Shown: positions 9,612 through 20,000 of the stretch, in pieces
Position numbering within the stretch: position 1 is the first letter of the stretch
Layout of the letters: each line of letters opens with the position of its first letter
Assembly: GCA_008632985.1 (NCBI GenBank)
Contig: QPGO01000083.1
Location: 336,428-356,427 of the forward strand
Length of the DNA: 20,000 nt
Reading direction: 5' to 3'
Source of the DNA: Psammoneis japonica
Lineage: Eukaryota
Program-made: the position numbers and the translations under genes
Notes under the pieces: generated by a model
What the model was told of the DNA's origin: nothing
Seen by the model: the letters and a program-made list of their open reading frames with translations, nothing else
Databases searched by the model: none

Positions 9612-12600
9612 CGTGCTCTGGTGGCACTTTGACAGCGACTCCCTCCAACACTGACGTGCTGAGTTTCTCACAAAAAAACACACACAAGCAACCATGAGCA
9701 GCCCTGTGAATGCTGCAAGCAGCTTGGTGTCTCCCATGTGGTGTGGCTGGGCTTGTCCATTCTTCGAAGCACAGCAGCTGTGTTTGCCATGTGACAAGCA
9801 TCCGGTCGGTTGCTGTTTCGACTTTAAACTGTGGTGTCTGACAGGCATTGTTCTTGAACAGTGAATTAAACAGCTGTCAAATTGTCCCTGTCACCCTTTG
9901 TGGGCACTGGGGAATGTGGGTCTGCTGCTGTGGGGTCGGTCCTGATCAACTTTTCTGCCGCACTCAACCGGTGCACTGGAAATGTGGGTCAGCTGGCGCC
10001 GGCACAGCCAACAACAGCTCAGTGGAACTTAAAACACAGATTTGGTTTTTCTTTAATTGACAATCTGTGCACATTGTCAGGAGTTGTGTGTGTCCACCCC
10101 ACTGAGAAACTGTCATCGAACAGGTTGATGGGCATGCAAAGATGACCGGCAGACACTTCAACAGTGTCGCCCCATTGCTTCAGCTTGACCTTGCTCTGTT
10201 GTTGACATGGATTTGTTTTCTTGTGCAGAGCTTTCATCCTGCCATCATCCATGGGCAGTCAACACATGAGATCAATGGAAAACACAGAGAACGTCCCTGC
10301 CAAGCAGAGATTCGCTGGTGTGGTGCTGCAGATGATGGTTTGGCAGTGAGCGCAACAGGTTTGTGGAGCTGTTGGAACAAGCAAGAGCCAGAAAAGTTGT
10401 AGGTTGATGTTGGTGAGATGGTGCTTCATGAAGACTGGCCTCAGAAACTCCAAGAGGAGCACAACAAATGCGCTGGAAATGCCAGCCAGCTGTGCAACAA
10501 CCCCCAGCTGTGTCCCCAGAGAGTGCACTTGACTGTTTTCAGTCAGCCCGGCTTTTCCATTGCATCGTTCTGAGATGCTTGAATGTGGAGCTTGAACCGC
10601 TGGGTTGTCCTCAGAAAAATGCTTCTGATCCAGCATTCGTTGATGGCTTGCATTGTTGCCATGTGTTTCATGATGAGGTCCAAGACCCAAGTTGACATTT
10701 CTCAATGCTTCCTTGTGGCACATCTCTGAGCTTCCTCTTCCACATTCAGAGCTCAATGGAGCTGCATTTCTGAAACTCCCTGAGTTGCACCATGCCAGCA
10801 CTGCTGAGTTCCTGCAATCCAGCAACATTTGTCCATCGCAGCAGGCTTGGGAATGTTTCTCTCTTCACCCCAATGATGGTGCTGGATGCAGAGCACACAG
10901 CAGTGGTGTGCGCATTGGCTGAAACCAGCAGTGCATGAAGCACAACAGCTTTCAATCACTCCTCCCACAATGCGTCCAAGATTGTGCCCATCTTTTGCAG
11001 AGGTGGTTGGCTGAGTCGTTTTTTTCTGCCAAACATCTTTTTTTTTTGCTGGTGGCCTTGCTGCTGAGAATGGTGGGCAGATGATGCACAAAGCGGCAGC
11101 CACGCTAACTCAACAAGCACGACTTAGTTTCAGCACTGCAAATTCGCCGTTAAAATGCCGTGGCTGGAAACTGCAGAAACCAACACACCATGGCGACTCT
11201 ACGGTCGCTGTTTCCTCAACGGCATCACCTTCAAGAGCCACAACAAAGAACAACATTTCACATCTCGTGAACTTGTGTGTGGCAGAATTGACACATGCAA
11301 GTGCAATGGGCTCATTGTTGACTCATGCAGTCAAAAAACGATGGGAAAAAAATTGAACATTTTTCAGCTGTTTTCACTGCGATCAATCAACATCAAAGCA
11401 CAGCAAGGCACACACATGTGAAATGAATTGCACGACATTGATGTGTGTCAGTGTTGTGGTGAGTTCATGGCTGTTGATGGAGTGCATTGCATTCGCGGTC
11501 GCCATTGTCGTTGCGTTTCAACAAGTCGTGGAAAATTTGAAATCCAGAACATTTGTGTGTGCAGGCATGTTGTCACTTGTGGGATTTAAACATTGGACAT
11601 TGCTCTGTGCACAGAGCATTTGCATTTTTCACTTGTTGCAATCTCATGTGTGCACAAGGTGTTGGCATTGATTGCCCAATGTGACACACATCAATGTCCA
11701 AATGTAAACATCAGACTTGCCGCCAGCAAAAAAAAAGGTGGGGGTGGTTGTTGGCTTGACTTGCAACACCATAAAAACAAGGCACCGATGGAGTTCTTTT
11801 CACTCCCCTTTCTCCACCCTCTCTTTCTGATTCTTGTTCATTGTTGCCAATTGTTTGAATGGCATGCAAAGTTTTGTCTTGTCATCTGAGAATGCAATCG
11901 CGTGAAGCTTCAATTTTTCAGTCCAGAGCCCATTGGAGGGCCCTCCCGATGGTCTTCTGGCACTTGCTTTCACCAATGTAGCCATGGCACTTGTGAACAA
12001 AAGAATCAGCAAGTTCAGGGCTTTCAATTGCAATGACTTCAAACTTGGCAAGAAACTTCCCCTGGAGCAAAGGTCACAGCACATTTTCAGCTCGCATTTC
12101 ACAACTTCTCGTGCTCTCTTTTCTCTGAAAGAAATCCACAGTCATGAGATTCTCAAGTGGTTCGTGAATTTTCACTCGCGGGTCTCCAGCATCAATGGCA
12201 AAGAAGGAACCAGATGTTCCTTTGTCCCGGTTGAAACCTTGGACGAGATGAGGTGCCTCTGCCTCAAGAGAGACAAAGCCTTTTGAAGGGCTCCAGTCCT
12301 GGGTGGGACTCTGTGTGCGGTGTGTGACATTTGGCATTTGGCGGGCCCACAGAATTCTGCGTGCGAGCTCCGCAACAAATTTGTCAAGCAATGAAAATGT
12401 AAATGATGACAGAAACATCCTTGCCACAACCGCCCCGCTCAAATCTGAATCTCTGTCATGCCAGTCTCTAGCTAGAGCAGAAGTGCTGTGGCATGTGCAA
12501 TGCATGTGCGTTGTCAAACAGCTGCAATGGCCACCGCGACTGTCAACATTCTCAAGCAGCAGGGGAAGAAAGTGAAGTTTGGCAAAGTCGATGATGACGA

Positions 12601-14720
12601 CATTGATTTTGGGTGCAAAGAGAAGAAATCGCGGCGGCGTTGGAATGTCATCAAAGATGAAAAGGTGAGTCAACAGACTGATTGTAGATTGTCGACAAAG
12701 TGCAGTGTTGTTCATCCTCTTGACTCGCCTGGTTTTGTTTTCTTTTTCTTTTTTTTTTCCGTCGTTGCCTTGTCTGCGCTGCACCAGGAGAAGAAAAAGA
12801 AGATGAGTCACGGTGCGCACACTGTCAACTCTGCTGACGCTCCTTCCACCGCTCTTTGGATTTTTCGTTTTTGCAGCTCCTTTGTGTTTCTCTTGAATGC
12901 TTTTTCTCATCTGTTTTTTTTTTTCCCACAAACAGAGCAACACGTTCTCTGTGTGCAGCTTGATGATCCGGCGAATGCCAACGTGCTTTCACAGTGGTCC
13001 AATCTTAGCGTTTTTGAAACAATTGCAAATCTTTTTTTCCGAGAAGCTGGTGTCCCCAATGCGAGTGCCAACAGTTTGCAAGGCAACCTTGATTCGTTGC
13101 GCACTGTCCCATTTGGAAGCTTGAGTGCAAATGCTCTCAAACATTTGCAAGTTTTGATGGACATTGTGAAGAGGAGGGCCGGCTGGTCCACAGCGAAACT
13201 TGTGATGCCAACCAATTCTCCGAACAATCGTCCCAAACCTGGCGGTTGTGGCAGAGCCGGCAGCAGTGGCGGACTCGGAAGCAAGGCTTGCATTGTTGGG
13301 GAACAACAAAAGAAATGTGCAGTTGTTGAATTTGTCGCCAAGGAAAATCCTTTTGAGCGGAAATCACTTTTCTGCAACAACAGCTGTGCTCACTTCTGTC
13401 ATTGGGGGGAGATTCGTTGCCATGGTGGAGATGAGTTGTGGGGTTGGCAGTGCGAGAAGATGACATGATGCTGCACTGCACATCTCTCTCCCCCATGTTG
13501 AACACGGCAATTGTTGCACAATTTGTATGAAGTGTCCAAGCTAGATGCAAGAAAATGGGGTAGACAACGCAAAGACAATTGACAGCATGCAGTGGCAGAC
13601 AATGGTGAGCTCAAAACAAATGACACAAGTTCAAGCAGTTGCAGTTGCCTGAATGTCTGGGGAAATCGGACTCCAAAATGCAACTACAAAGGAGATTGGT
13701 GATGCAAACAATCTGCCGAGCATTGTCCTGGACTTTCTTTCTGCTTTCATTGAAAAAGAAAAGAAAAATGCAAAAGATTTGTCTGCTTTGAATGGGATTC
13801 ACCGTTTTGGTGGGAATCAAGATTTGGCTCATTCTTTTTGGATGGTCTGCTGTGAGATCATCAACATCTAAGAGATGGACAGACAAGTTTGCGCTGCACT
13901 TTTTGTTGCTGCAGCTGCGGGTTTGACATTGAGATGAGGTTTGTGAGATGACAGCCATTGCCACAACTGCTGAAACAATCAGCACGAACCTGCTTGGTGC
14001 AAATGACAAACATTGGAGAACTGGCAGAGGCAGTCTCTTTTTTTTTTCAGTTGGCAAGAACATGCTTGGACCGGCTGTGTGTGGGGTGGAATGCTCTTGC
14101 ATGGTCACCATGCAAAAGTGAATGACGTTCCTTGCCATGCAGTTGGCTCAAGAGTGAATTTCAAACATTGCAGTGGGTGTGGTTGCAGAGCAAGACCATG
14201 AATGTCCATGAGCAAGAAACCACCACAAACACATGTGACAGCTCTTTCTGCATGACAAAACATTCAAAAAGTTGCCCTGCTCCAGCTGCATTTTCATGCA
14301 AAGCAAGATTGTGCTTCAACAATGTGCCCAAAGCAATGGGAGCCGAGCGTGGGATTTTGGTGGGTGCCTTGGCCAGCTGAGTCGGCACTGTGCCAAAGCG
14401 TGTGTGCAATGCCACACCTTTTCACTGTGCTTTGCTTTCAGAAAAGTGGGGCACCAGCAGAAGAAACAAGCCATGGCATTGAGCTGAGTGTAGAAATGAA
14501 GATGCGTTGGCTCAAGCTGCGAGCTGGATGTTCTTTGGGGGGTTCCCCCGCTCCCCCGCCCCTGTTGGTTTTCGCTCTTGAGCCTCTTCAGATGCTCCTC
14601 TATCCTTGCATTCTGTGGCACAAAAGGTTCATCACCAAGTGAGTCAAAACAGCAGTTTATGACTGCAAACAGCGGATTTTTGGCCACTGAGTTGGCAACC
14701 AATTGGTGAAAAAGGGTTTC
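9612..14720. other. Degenerate block depleted of both TpA and CpG, probably relics of repeats or pseudogenes of unknown family
   Basis: No TA seen between 10402 and 11105; about 9 CG in 10441-11040; strong TG/CA excess; Cys/His-rich ORFs in all frames; no recognisable domain. Confidence 0.75.
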
Positions 14721-14928
14721 CGACCGCGACCCAAAAGATCAGGATGTGGCCACGGTCAGACGGGAGGATCACACGAGGCGCACACGCACGAGAACACTTC
14801 GACACGGCACCTTCGATCTTTCGGATCGCCCATTGTCTTTATCTTGAGTCCAAACTGTTATTGCTCCACTGTCCTTGGCGCTAATGAGCCTAATTTCAGG
14901 CTACCAGATGAAGGAAAATCTTTATCGC

Positions 14929-15849
14929 ATGTTGAAGTACCGGAGTGCTCTTTTTCTTTTTGCATTCCTCCTGTTCACAGCGACTTCCTCGTCGCCGTTT
15001 CCTGCTGGTGTTTTTCGCAACCTCGCTCGAGGATCGGCACTAAAATGCATGGGAGATTTATGCGGGGGCTTACCTTTTGAGGTTTGGAAATCATCGGTAG
15101 TCATGGAGCATATTCGTGCCAGCGATGTGGGAAGAAAGGCCCAGGGAGATTTGGCCGTGTTGAGACAATTGCTTCAAGAACGAGGTCCAAGAGCCCTGTG
15201 GTCGGGATGTTCGGCAAGAATGGTGGAGGGCTTCTTTAGTGGCGCAGTACTGCTTGCGGGGAAGGAAACGATTCGGAAAACGCTTTGCGCGTCTCCGGTT
15301 ATTACAAGCCGGGTGTCGCCTGCGCTGATTGGTTTTGTGGCTGGTGCCGGCGGAGGCGCAGCTCAAGCAATAGTCATGGCCCCTTGCTCACTACTAGTCA
15401 CAGCCACAACGGCTAATGGTGGCTCTGTACTAGAAGCAGCAAAAGACGTTTGGTCTCGTCACGGATTGCGGGGTATCTACCGTGGGTCTCCAGCCGTGGC
15501 TGCTCGACAAGCTACAAATTGGGCGTCTCGTCAAGGCTTCACAGAGATGGTGCGTCCCCGAATTGGTGTTGCTGGAATTGGCGGTGAGATTCTTGCGGGA
15601 TGTCTTGGAGGGACATTGTCTTCATGGAATACGCCCTTTGAGATTGCAAGGATAGAGACACAGTCACGCACGTTTGCCAATCACAAAAACAGTCAAGACA
15701 AGCACCACATGAATCTGTTTCAATCGATGCAGTACGTGGCGAAGGAACGAGGAGTTGGAGAACTATACACTGGGCTATTTCCGAGGATATGTCAATCCTG
15801 CTACCAGACTGTGTTTCTAGTTTGCATTCCTCGTATTTTGGATTCATGA
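14929..15849 (+). CDS. Mitochondrial carrier family (SLC25) protein, Yhm2 citrate/oxoglutarate carrier-like, with a hydrophobic N-terminal extension
   Basis: Three-repeat layout with PFEVWK and PFEIAR signatures. GIYRG...RQATNWASRQGF and WNTPFEIARIETQS resemble yeast Yhm2. Alternative in-frame ATGs at 14884 and 14908. Confidence 0.85.
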   Translation: MLKYRSALFLFAFLLFTATSSSPFPAGVFRNLARGSALKCMGDLCGGLPFEVWKSSVVMEHIRASDVGRKAQGDLAVLRQLLQERGPRALWSGCSARMVEGFFSGAVLLAGKETIRKTLCASPVITSRVSPALIGFVAGAGGGAAQAIVMAPCSLLVTATTANGGSVLEAAKDVWSRHGLRGIYRGSPAVAARQATNWASRQGFTEMVRPRIGVAGIGGEILAGCLGGTLSSWNTPFEIARIETQSRTFANHKNSQDKHHMNLFQSMQYVAKERGVGELYTGLFPRICQSCYQTVFLVCIPRILDS

Positions 15850-16048
15850 GGTGAACATCTCGACATGATTAGACCAGAGACCACCTCGTGACAGCAATGT
15901 CGGTGTTTTCTTTTGAGAAACCTCACATCCTTGAATTTCTATTTCCGTTTTTATTTATGCAGGTTTCTCTAGTCTTTCTCTTTTTCTCCTCATCTTTCTG
16001 CAAGCGAGAAGTGTGGCGTCGTTTTGCTTGGTTTCGGCGGATTTTGGT

Positions 16049-16175
16049 TTTCCCGCCGTTGTGCTTTCGCGCGCATTCGCGCGACGGCCTTGCCGTCGAA
16101 CGTGACGTAGGATCAGTACTCACTACGACGTAAGTAGAACCTACGACATGTCTCAGTACATTCGAAAATTCAAAA
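16049..16175 (+). promoter_or_regulatory. Candidate E2F sites (TTTCCCGC 16049-16056, TTTCGCGC 16065-16072) and CHR-like motifs (TTCGAA, TTCAAA at ~16161-16174)
   Basis: Exact matches to TTTSSCGC about 240-260 bp upstream of the ATG at 16308. Function is inferred from the consensus only. Confidence 0.35.
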
Positions 16176-16307
16176 ATCCCGCGGCGGCGGCGGCGGAAGC
16201 TCATTTCGCTCGCTCCATCGAAACACTCTCGACGTTGATGACTCTGCCGTCGCTGCCGTTGCATATCAAACGACGCCTTCCTATATCGACTCAGCAAGTG
16301 ATTGATA

Positions 16308-17174
16308 ATGTCGGGCTTTGCTAGGAACTCGCTATTATTTCACGGAGGCTTCGGCGGAAAGCGAAAGAAGAATCGGAACGACGGGTCATCGCGGAAGAAT
16401 CGTGGTGTTGGTGGCGGAAGCAACAAATCTGCAAATCCGATTCAAACGCCTCTTCGATCGAATGTAGTGCATACCTTCAACGGCAATGTCCACCCGGACG
16501 ATACGGCAAACGGAAAGCAACTCCTCGCGTCAGAGACGGACGCAACCAGGCATGTACAGTCGGTCCCGCCTCCCCCGTACACTCACGTACAAAACCCACG
16601 CATGACGTCACATCATGAGCCCGACTTTGACAATGGCTGCCTGTCACAGCTCACCATGTCGCAATTCAGCAACGGATCCCAAGATTATTCATCCCGATCG
16701 TCCTCGTCGCAGCCGAGTGGGTCGTACCAGCATAATATCCATTCCGTGAGTTCCAACTGCAGCACCGCCGCGGAAAGTCAAGGCTCGTATCCAAACAACC
16801 ATTTTGCTACGAACCGATCACCTCCTCCTACCAACGGTGTGGGGAACTCTTGGAGCAAGCCACGGAGCAGCGGTGGCTCGGTCGGAGGACAGTCTCGAGT
16901 GTTTCCTGGACAAGGTTTGAATCCGAGCCAAAATAGCGTCGGTCCACCAAGTCGCTGGAATTTTGCACAAGCGAGCCGCAGTCTCCAACCAGCTGCTACT
17001 CCGGCACGACGATCCATTCATAGCATCGCTGCGACGCCACGAGTATGGATGAAGAATCTGCTCAAGCCGCCCTTTCGTGTCTCGCTGCGTTCCCACGAAG
17101 CGAGCCAAACGGACGCGCCAAGAGTCGTCGACAAGACTCCTCCGACTGAGGCTCGTGATGATGAAGCCACAAAG
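16308..17174 (+). CDS. Uncharacterised protein, exon 1 (disordered, Ser/Pro/Gln-rich, SQ cluster)
   Basis: Long ORF with normal dinucleotide composition. Donor AAG|GTATGT at 17174/17175, phase 0. Confidence 0.7.
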
Positions 17175-17278
17175 GTATGTCTTCGTATAAGCTGTCGCTG
17201 TCCAAGCAAATACTCGTCGTCATATCTGAAGTGAATAACCATTGAGTCTACTTTCTTCTCTCACTTGTGAACAAGCAG
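17175..17278 (+). other. Spliceosomal intron (104 nt, or 101 nt with the upstream AAG acceptor)
   Basis: GTATGT...CTTTCTTCTCTCAC...AAGCAG. Either AG keeps the two flanking ORFs in frame. Confidence 0.7.
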
Positions 17279-18892
17279 ACCAGCCACCGCTCCACGACGT
17301 CATGTGCCGACGAAGAAGCCTCCAAGCCCCCCAAGGCCAAATCAAGCGCAATCTCTCCAGGTAGCATTACCCAAACTCGGTTCGAGACGCACGATTTAGC
17401 TTCTCGTGAAGCGAAGGTGAAGGAGGAACGGGAGGCCTTGGAGAAACTGTCCTCTTCGGTTGCTGGCCAGATGGAACGATTCCAAGCGTTGGCCAAGGAG
17501 ACGGAATCACAATTGGAGCAGCAACGAGCGACTGAAGAGAACATGAAGCAGCAGCAAGCGGCTCTCGAGGCACTGTCATCATCTGTCGCGACGCAGATCG
17601 AGAAGCTAGAAGAGCTCAAGAATGCGACGAATACGAAACCAGCAGAGATCCAAGAGCTTGCGGACAAGGTGACGGAATCGAAACTGGCCATTCTCCAGGA
17701 AAGTGCAGATGCCGCCGTTGCCCGAATCAACAAGGTCGAAGAAGAAGCGCGCGCCAATATTACCGAAAGGCAGCTTTGTCGGACCGACTTGAACCTCACT
17801 TCACCCCAGTTGCACATGCTACAGGCGATTTTGCCGGCGATTCGAAACGCAGCTTCTCACGCCGCGACTGAGCTTGCACAGAAAGAGGCGCAGAATGCAA
17901 TTAACGATATCGAGAAACTCGCAATCACTCCTTACGAGCGGCATACCAAGGACGGAGACCCAAAGGTCCGCAATCAGAAAACACTTGCTGCTCAGGACTC
18001 GCCTACCAAAACAACACTCGTCTTGGAGCTCACCGATTCACCAGCACAGCCAAAGGCTCGTCGAAGCTTTTCAACTATAAAGGTTCGGGTCAAGTCAACG
18101 CCAGCGCAGCCTACCAAAGACACACCAGAGCCGGCTAGTGATGATGAAGACCACGCCTTGACTGCAGTCGTACCGGACCCCGTGGGCTCTTCGTTTATCC
18201 CTCAATTCTTGAGGGCAGCCGGTGCTTTAGTAGTGGAAAAAGTCTCCGGGATTTCCCCTCCTCGAACTAGATCTGGCAAGAGGCGACTTGAACCCAGTCG
18301 CCCGGTCACGCGGAGAAGCAAGCGAAAGAAGCTCAATTCAGGTGATAAGGCCGAGTCGGAGGACGGAATCACGACAGCTCCAACGGAAATGGCTGCAGAG
18401 AAAGATAACGCGACGCCAATCACTCGAGATGAGGTTCTATTGGATTCTCCAAGTGAGAAGCCTGCTCTCCCTTTGGCGTTGGTTCAGAAAACGACCAAGA
18501 AAGCCACTACCAAGCCCCACAAGGGAGCCCGACGTGGCAAGCGCTCGAAGACAAGTCAGCCCCGGGCAGTGCTCAAGCCACTAAACATTTGCATCACCCC
18601 TCCAAGACGCACGCAAACATCAGAGTCTTTATCTGCCAAGGACGACGGGCGGGATGTTCCAGATGAAGATTGGGGCTGTGGTCCCAGTCGCTCGCTGTTT
18701 TCGTCTCCCGTCGTAGATCTCTCTGCTGCCAAGAAGCCCGACAAGGTGAACCGAATCCCCGCCTCGTCAACAGCGCGCTTCAAATTATCTATGAAGTCTT
18801 CTCGAAAGAGAAAGAAGAGTCGTACGGACAAGAAGAATCGCGGAAGCATGACCGCCATTGGAAGGGATTATGTGGATTTCAGCTTCATGTAG
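17279..18892 (+). CDS. Uncharacterised protein, exon 2 (coiled coil, then a disordered basic tail with NLS-like stretches)
   Basis: About 538-codon ORF. E/Q/K/A/L heptad-rich segment at ~17390-17920; RRSKRKK and RKRKKSR; ends RDYVDFSFM*. Confidence 0.75.
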   Translation, partial: TSHRSTTSCADEEASKPPKAKSSAISPGSITQTRFETHDLASREAKVKEEREALEKLSSSVAGQMERFQALAKETESQLEQQRATEENMKQQQAALEALSSSVATQIEKLEELKNATNTKPAEIQELADKVTESKLAILQESADAAVARINKVEEEARANITERQLCRTDLNLTSPQLHMLQAILPAIRNAASHAATELAQKEAQNAINDIEKLAITPYERHTKDGDPKVRNQKTLAAQDSPTKTTLVLELTDSPAQPKARRSFSTIKVRVKSTPAQPTKDTPEPASDDEDHALTAVVPDPVGSSFIPQFLRAAGALVVEKVSGISPPRTRSGKRRLEPSRPVTRRSKRKKLNSGDKAESEDGITTAPTEMAAEKDNATPITRDEVLLDSPSEKPALPLALVQKTTKKATTKPHKGARRGKRSKTSQPRAVLKPLNICITPPRRTQTSESLSAKDDGRDVPDEDWGCGPSRSLFSSPVVDLSAAKKPDKVNRIPASSTARFKLSMKSSRKRKKSRTDKKNRGSMTAIGRDYVDFSFM

Positions 18893-19601
18893 ATGTCGCC
18901 GGACCAAACGCATCTGGTGTTTCATGGCTATTACGCAGCCATGCATTTACTGTGAGAATCAGTCATATGTGGAGAGTAGTCCTATAACGTAGAGATCTCG
19001 TTGTACACGGAGTGATCTAGATTGTAAAATAGGATCCAAAACTACCTGGGTAACATACTGCTGTACTTAGTGCCGGGACATGACACCACACTATGGCATG
19101 TCCTCGGAAGAAAGACATGAGTTGGAGTTGGAAGCTATGACCCGAAAACGTCGGTCTTGGGAACGTGCGGAGACGAAATTATGAGTTTGTGCCTCGAGTA
19201 TGAAGATGACGGTACGAGCGCAGAAACAAAACTACATAATGGAAATGATTCTGCAAGCTCAAGGATATGAAAGCGATGGCAAGAGGGGGAAATCATTGGA
19301 TCAGTTCTTTACTTCCACGAGAGGACAGTGGCAGTCCACTATGAGCAGCTTCGAAAGAGATTGATGCAGGAAAATGATGGAAAAGAATCAGAACGAGAGC
19401 GATGATGAAAAGAAGAATACAGTGGGGATTGATAAATGCTTCTTAAACTTTTGTTGTTTTGGTTTGAATCTACACATTTCCCTTGCGGCACAACTTCAGC
19501 GAAAGATGATCAATAATGAATTGGTAAATTACTTAGGTATGGTACGTTCCTATTCATGTTATATGCCTTCTACTGTGTATCTTCTCGCGTCCTTTCTATT
19601 T

Positions 19602-20000
19602 TCACTTTTTCCTTGGCTTTTCTCGAAGGCGCATGCCCGCTTTATGCCATGCATCGTCAATGTGCATAACGTAATAGACACCTTCAACATTCGGTGCCTT
19701 GGCAAGGAACCGCCCTCCATATCCATGAACCTTTTCCACAAGTTTGCGACTGCAAGCTTCCTTTTTCTTTTTGTCCTTGTGCGGAATTGCCTGGTACTCT
19801 TCCCTGAATTGTGCCACCACTGATTGAAGGGTCTTATTGCCTGTATGGTTGATGACAGCTCCGCCTCGCCCCGGAAGGACATCAAGCTCGCCAACGTCTT
19901 TCTCCTCAACAAACGTGCGGACAGAATTTTTTTTCGTACTAATGTTCTTTGTTGGAACGTTCCTGGAAGACTTGTGAGGGATCTTCTCGGTCCTTTTTAC
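19602..20000 (-). CDS. DUF6824-domain protein, 3' part (5' end beyond the window)
   Basis: The frame is open from 20000: ELDVLPGRGGAVINHTGNKTLQSVVAQFREEY...SRKLVEKVHGYGGRFL...AWHKAGMRLRE. This fits the diatom-expanded DVLxGRG..N.H.GN...GGRFL pattern. Confidence 0.8.
   Translation of the reverse strand, partial: VKRTEKIPHKSSRNVPTKNISTKKNSVRTFVEEKDVGELDVLPGRGGAVINHTGNKTLQSVVAQFREEYQAIPHKDKKKKEACSRKLVEKVHGYGGRFLAKAPNVEGVYYVMHIDDAWHKAGMRLREKPRKK

Noticed and set aside
14510..14583. Imperfect inverted repeat GCTCAAG...CTTGAGC around GGGGG-TT-CCCCC as a Helitron end or TIR
   Set aside because: No matching partner terminus, TSD or properly placed CTRR was found.
9604..14702. Cys/His-rich ORFs that resemble zinc-finger or metal-binding proteins
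   Set aside because: The Cys/His excess follows from TG/CA enrichment in every frame, and there is no consistent finger spacing.
16181..16196. (GCG)5 microsatellite
   Set aside because: Too short to be informative.
19080..19823. Plus-strand ORFs, including 19374..19823
   Set aside because: They are short or antisense to the DUF6824 frame and carry no recognisable motif.

Overview
Eukaryotic, most likely diatom, genomic DNA (inferred from a CoDi-type copia element, a DUF6824 gene and short GT-AG introns). In order: the 3' part of a SERCA-type P2A Ca2+-ATPase gene with one 80-nt intron; a full-length Ty1/copia LTR retrotransposon on the minus strand (2338-9606; 276-bp LTRs, TCTTA target duplication, PPT, unusual tRNA-Asn-half-like PBS); about 5 kb of degenerate sequence (9612-~14720); a Yhm2-like mitochondrial-carrier gene with a signal-peptide-like N-terminus; a two-exon SQ-rich coiled-coil gene; and the 3' part of a DUF6824 gene. 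The main observation is a repeat-restricted, double-stranded hypermutation TpA->TpG/CpA (A->G in TpA), the reverse of fungal RIP. All 11 LTR-LTR mismatches and all 3 mismatches in an internal duplication fit it. Conserved Tyr residues of Gag-Pol have become Cys or His while the ORF stays open. TpA is nearly absent from the element and the neighbouring block but normal in host genes. All counts are by hand.
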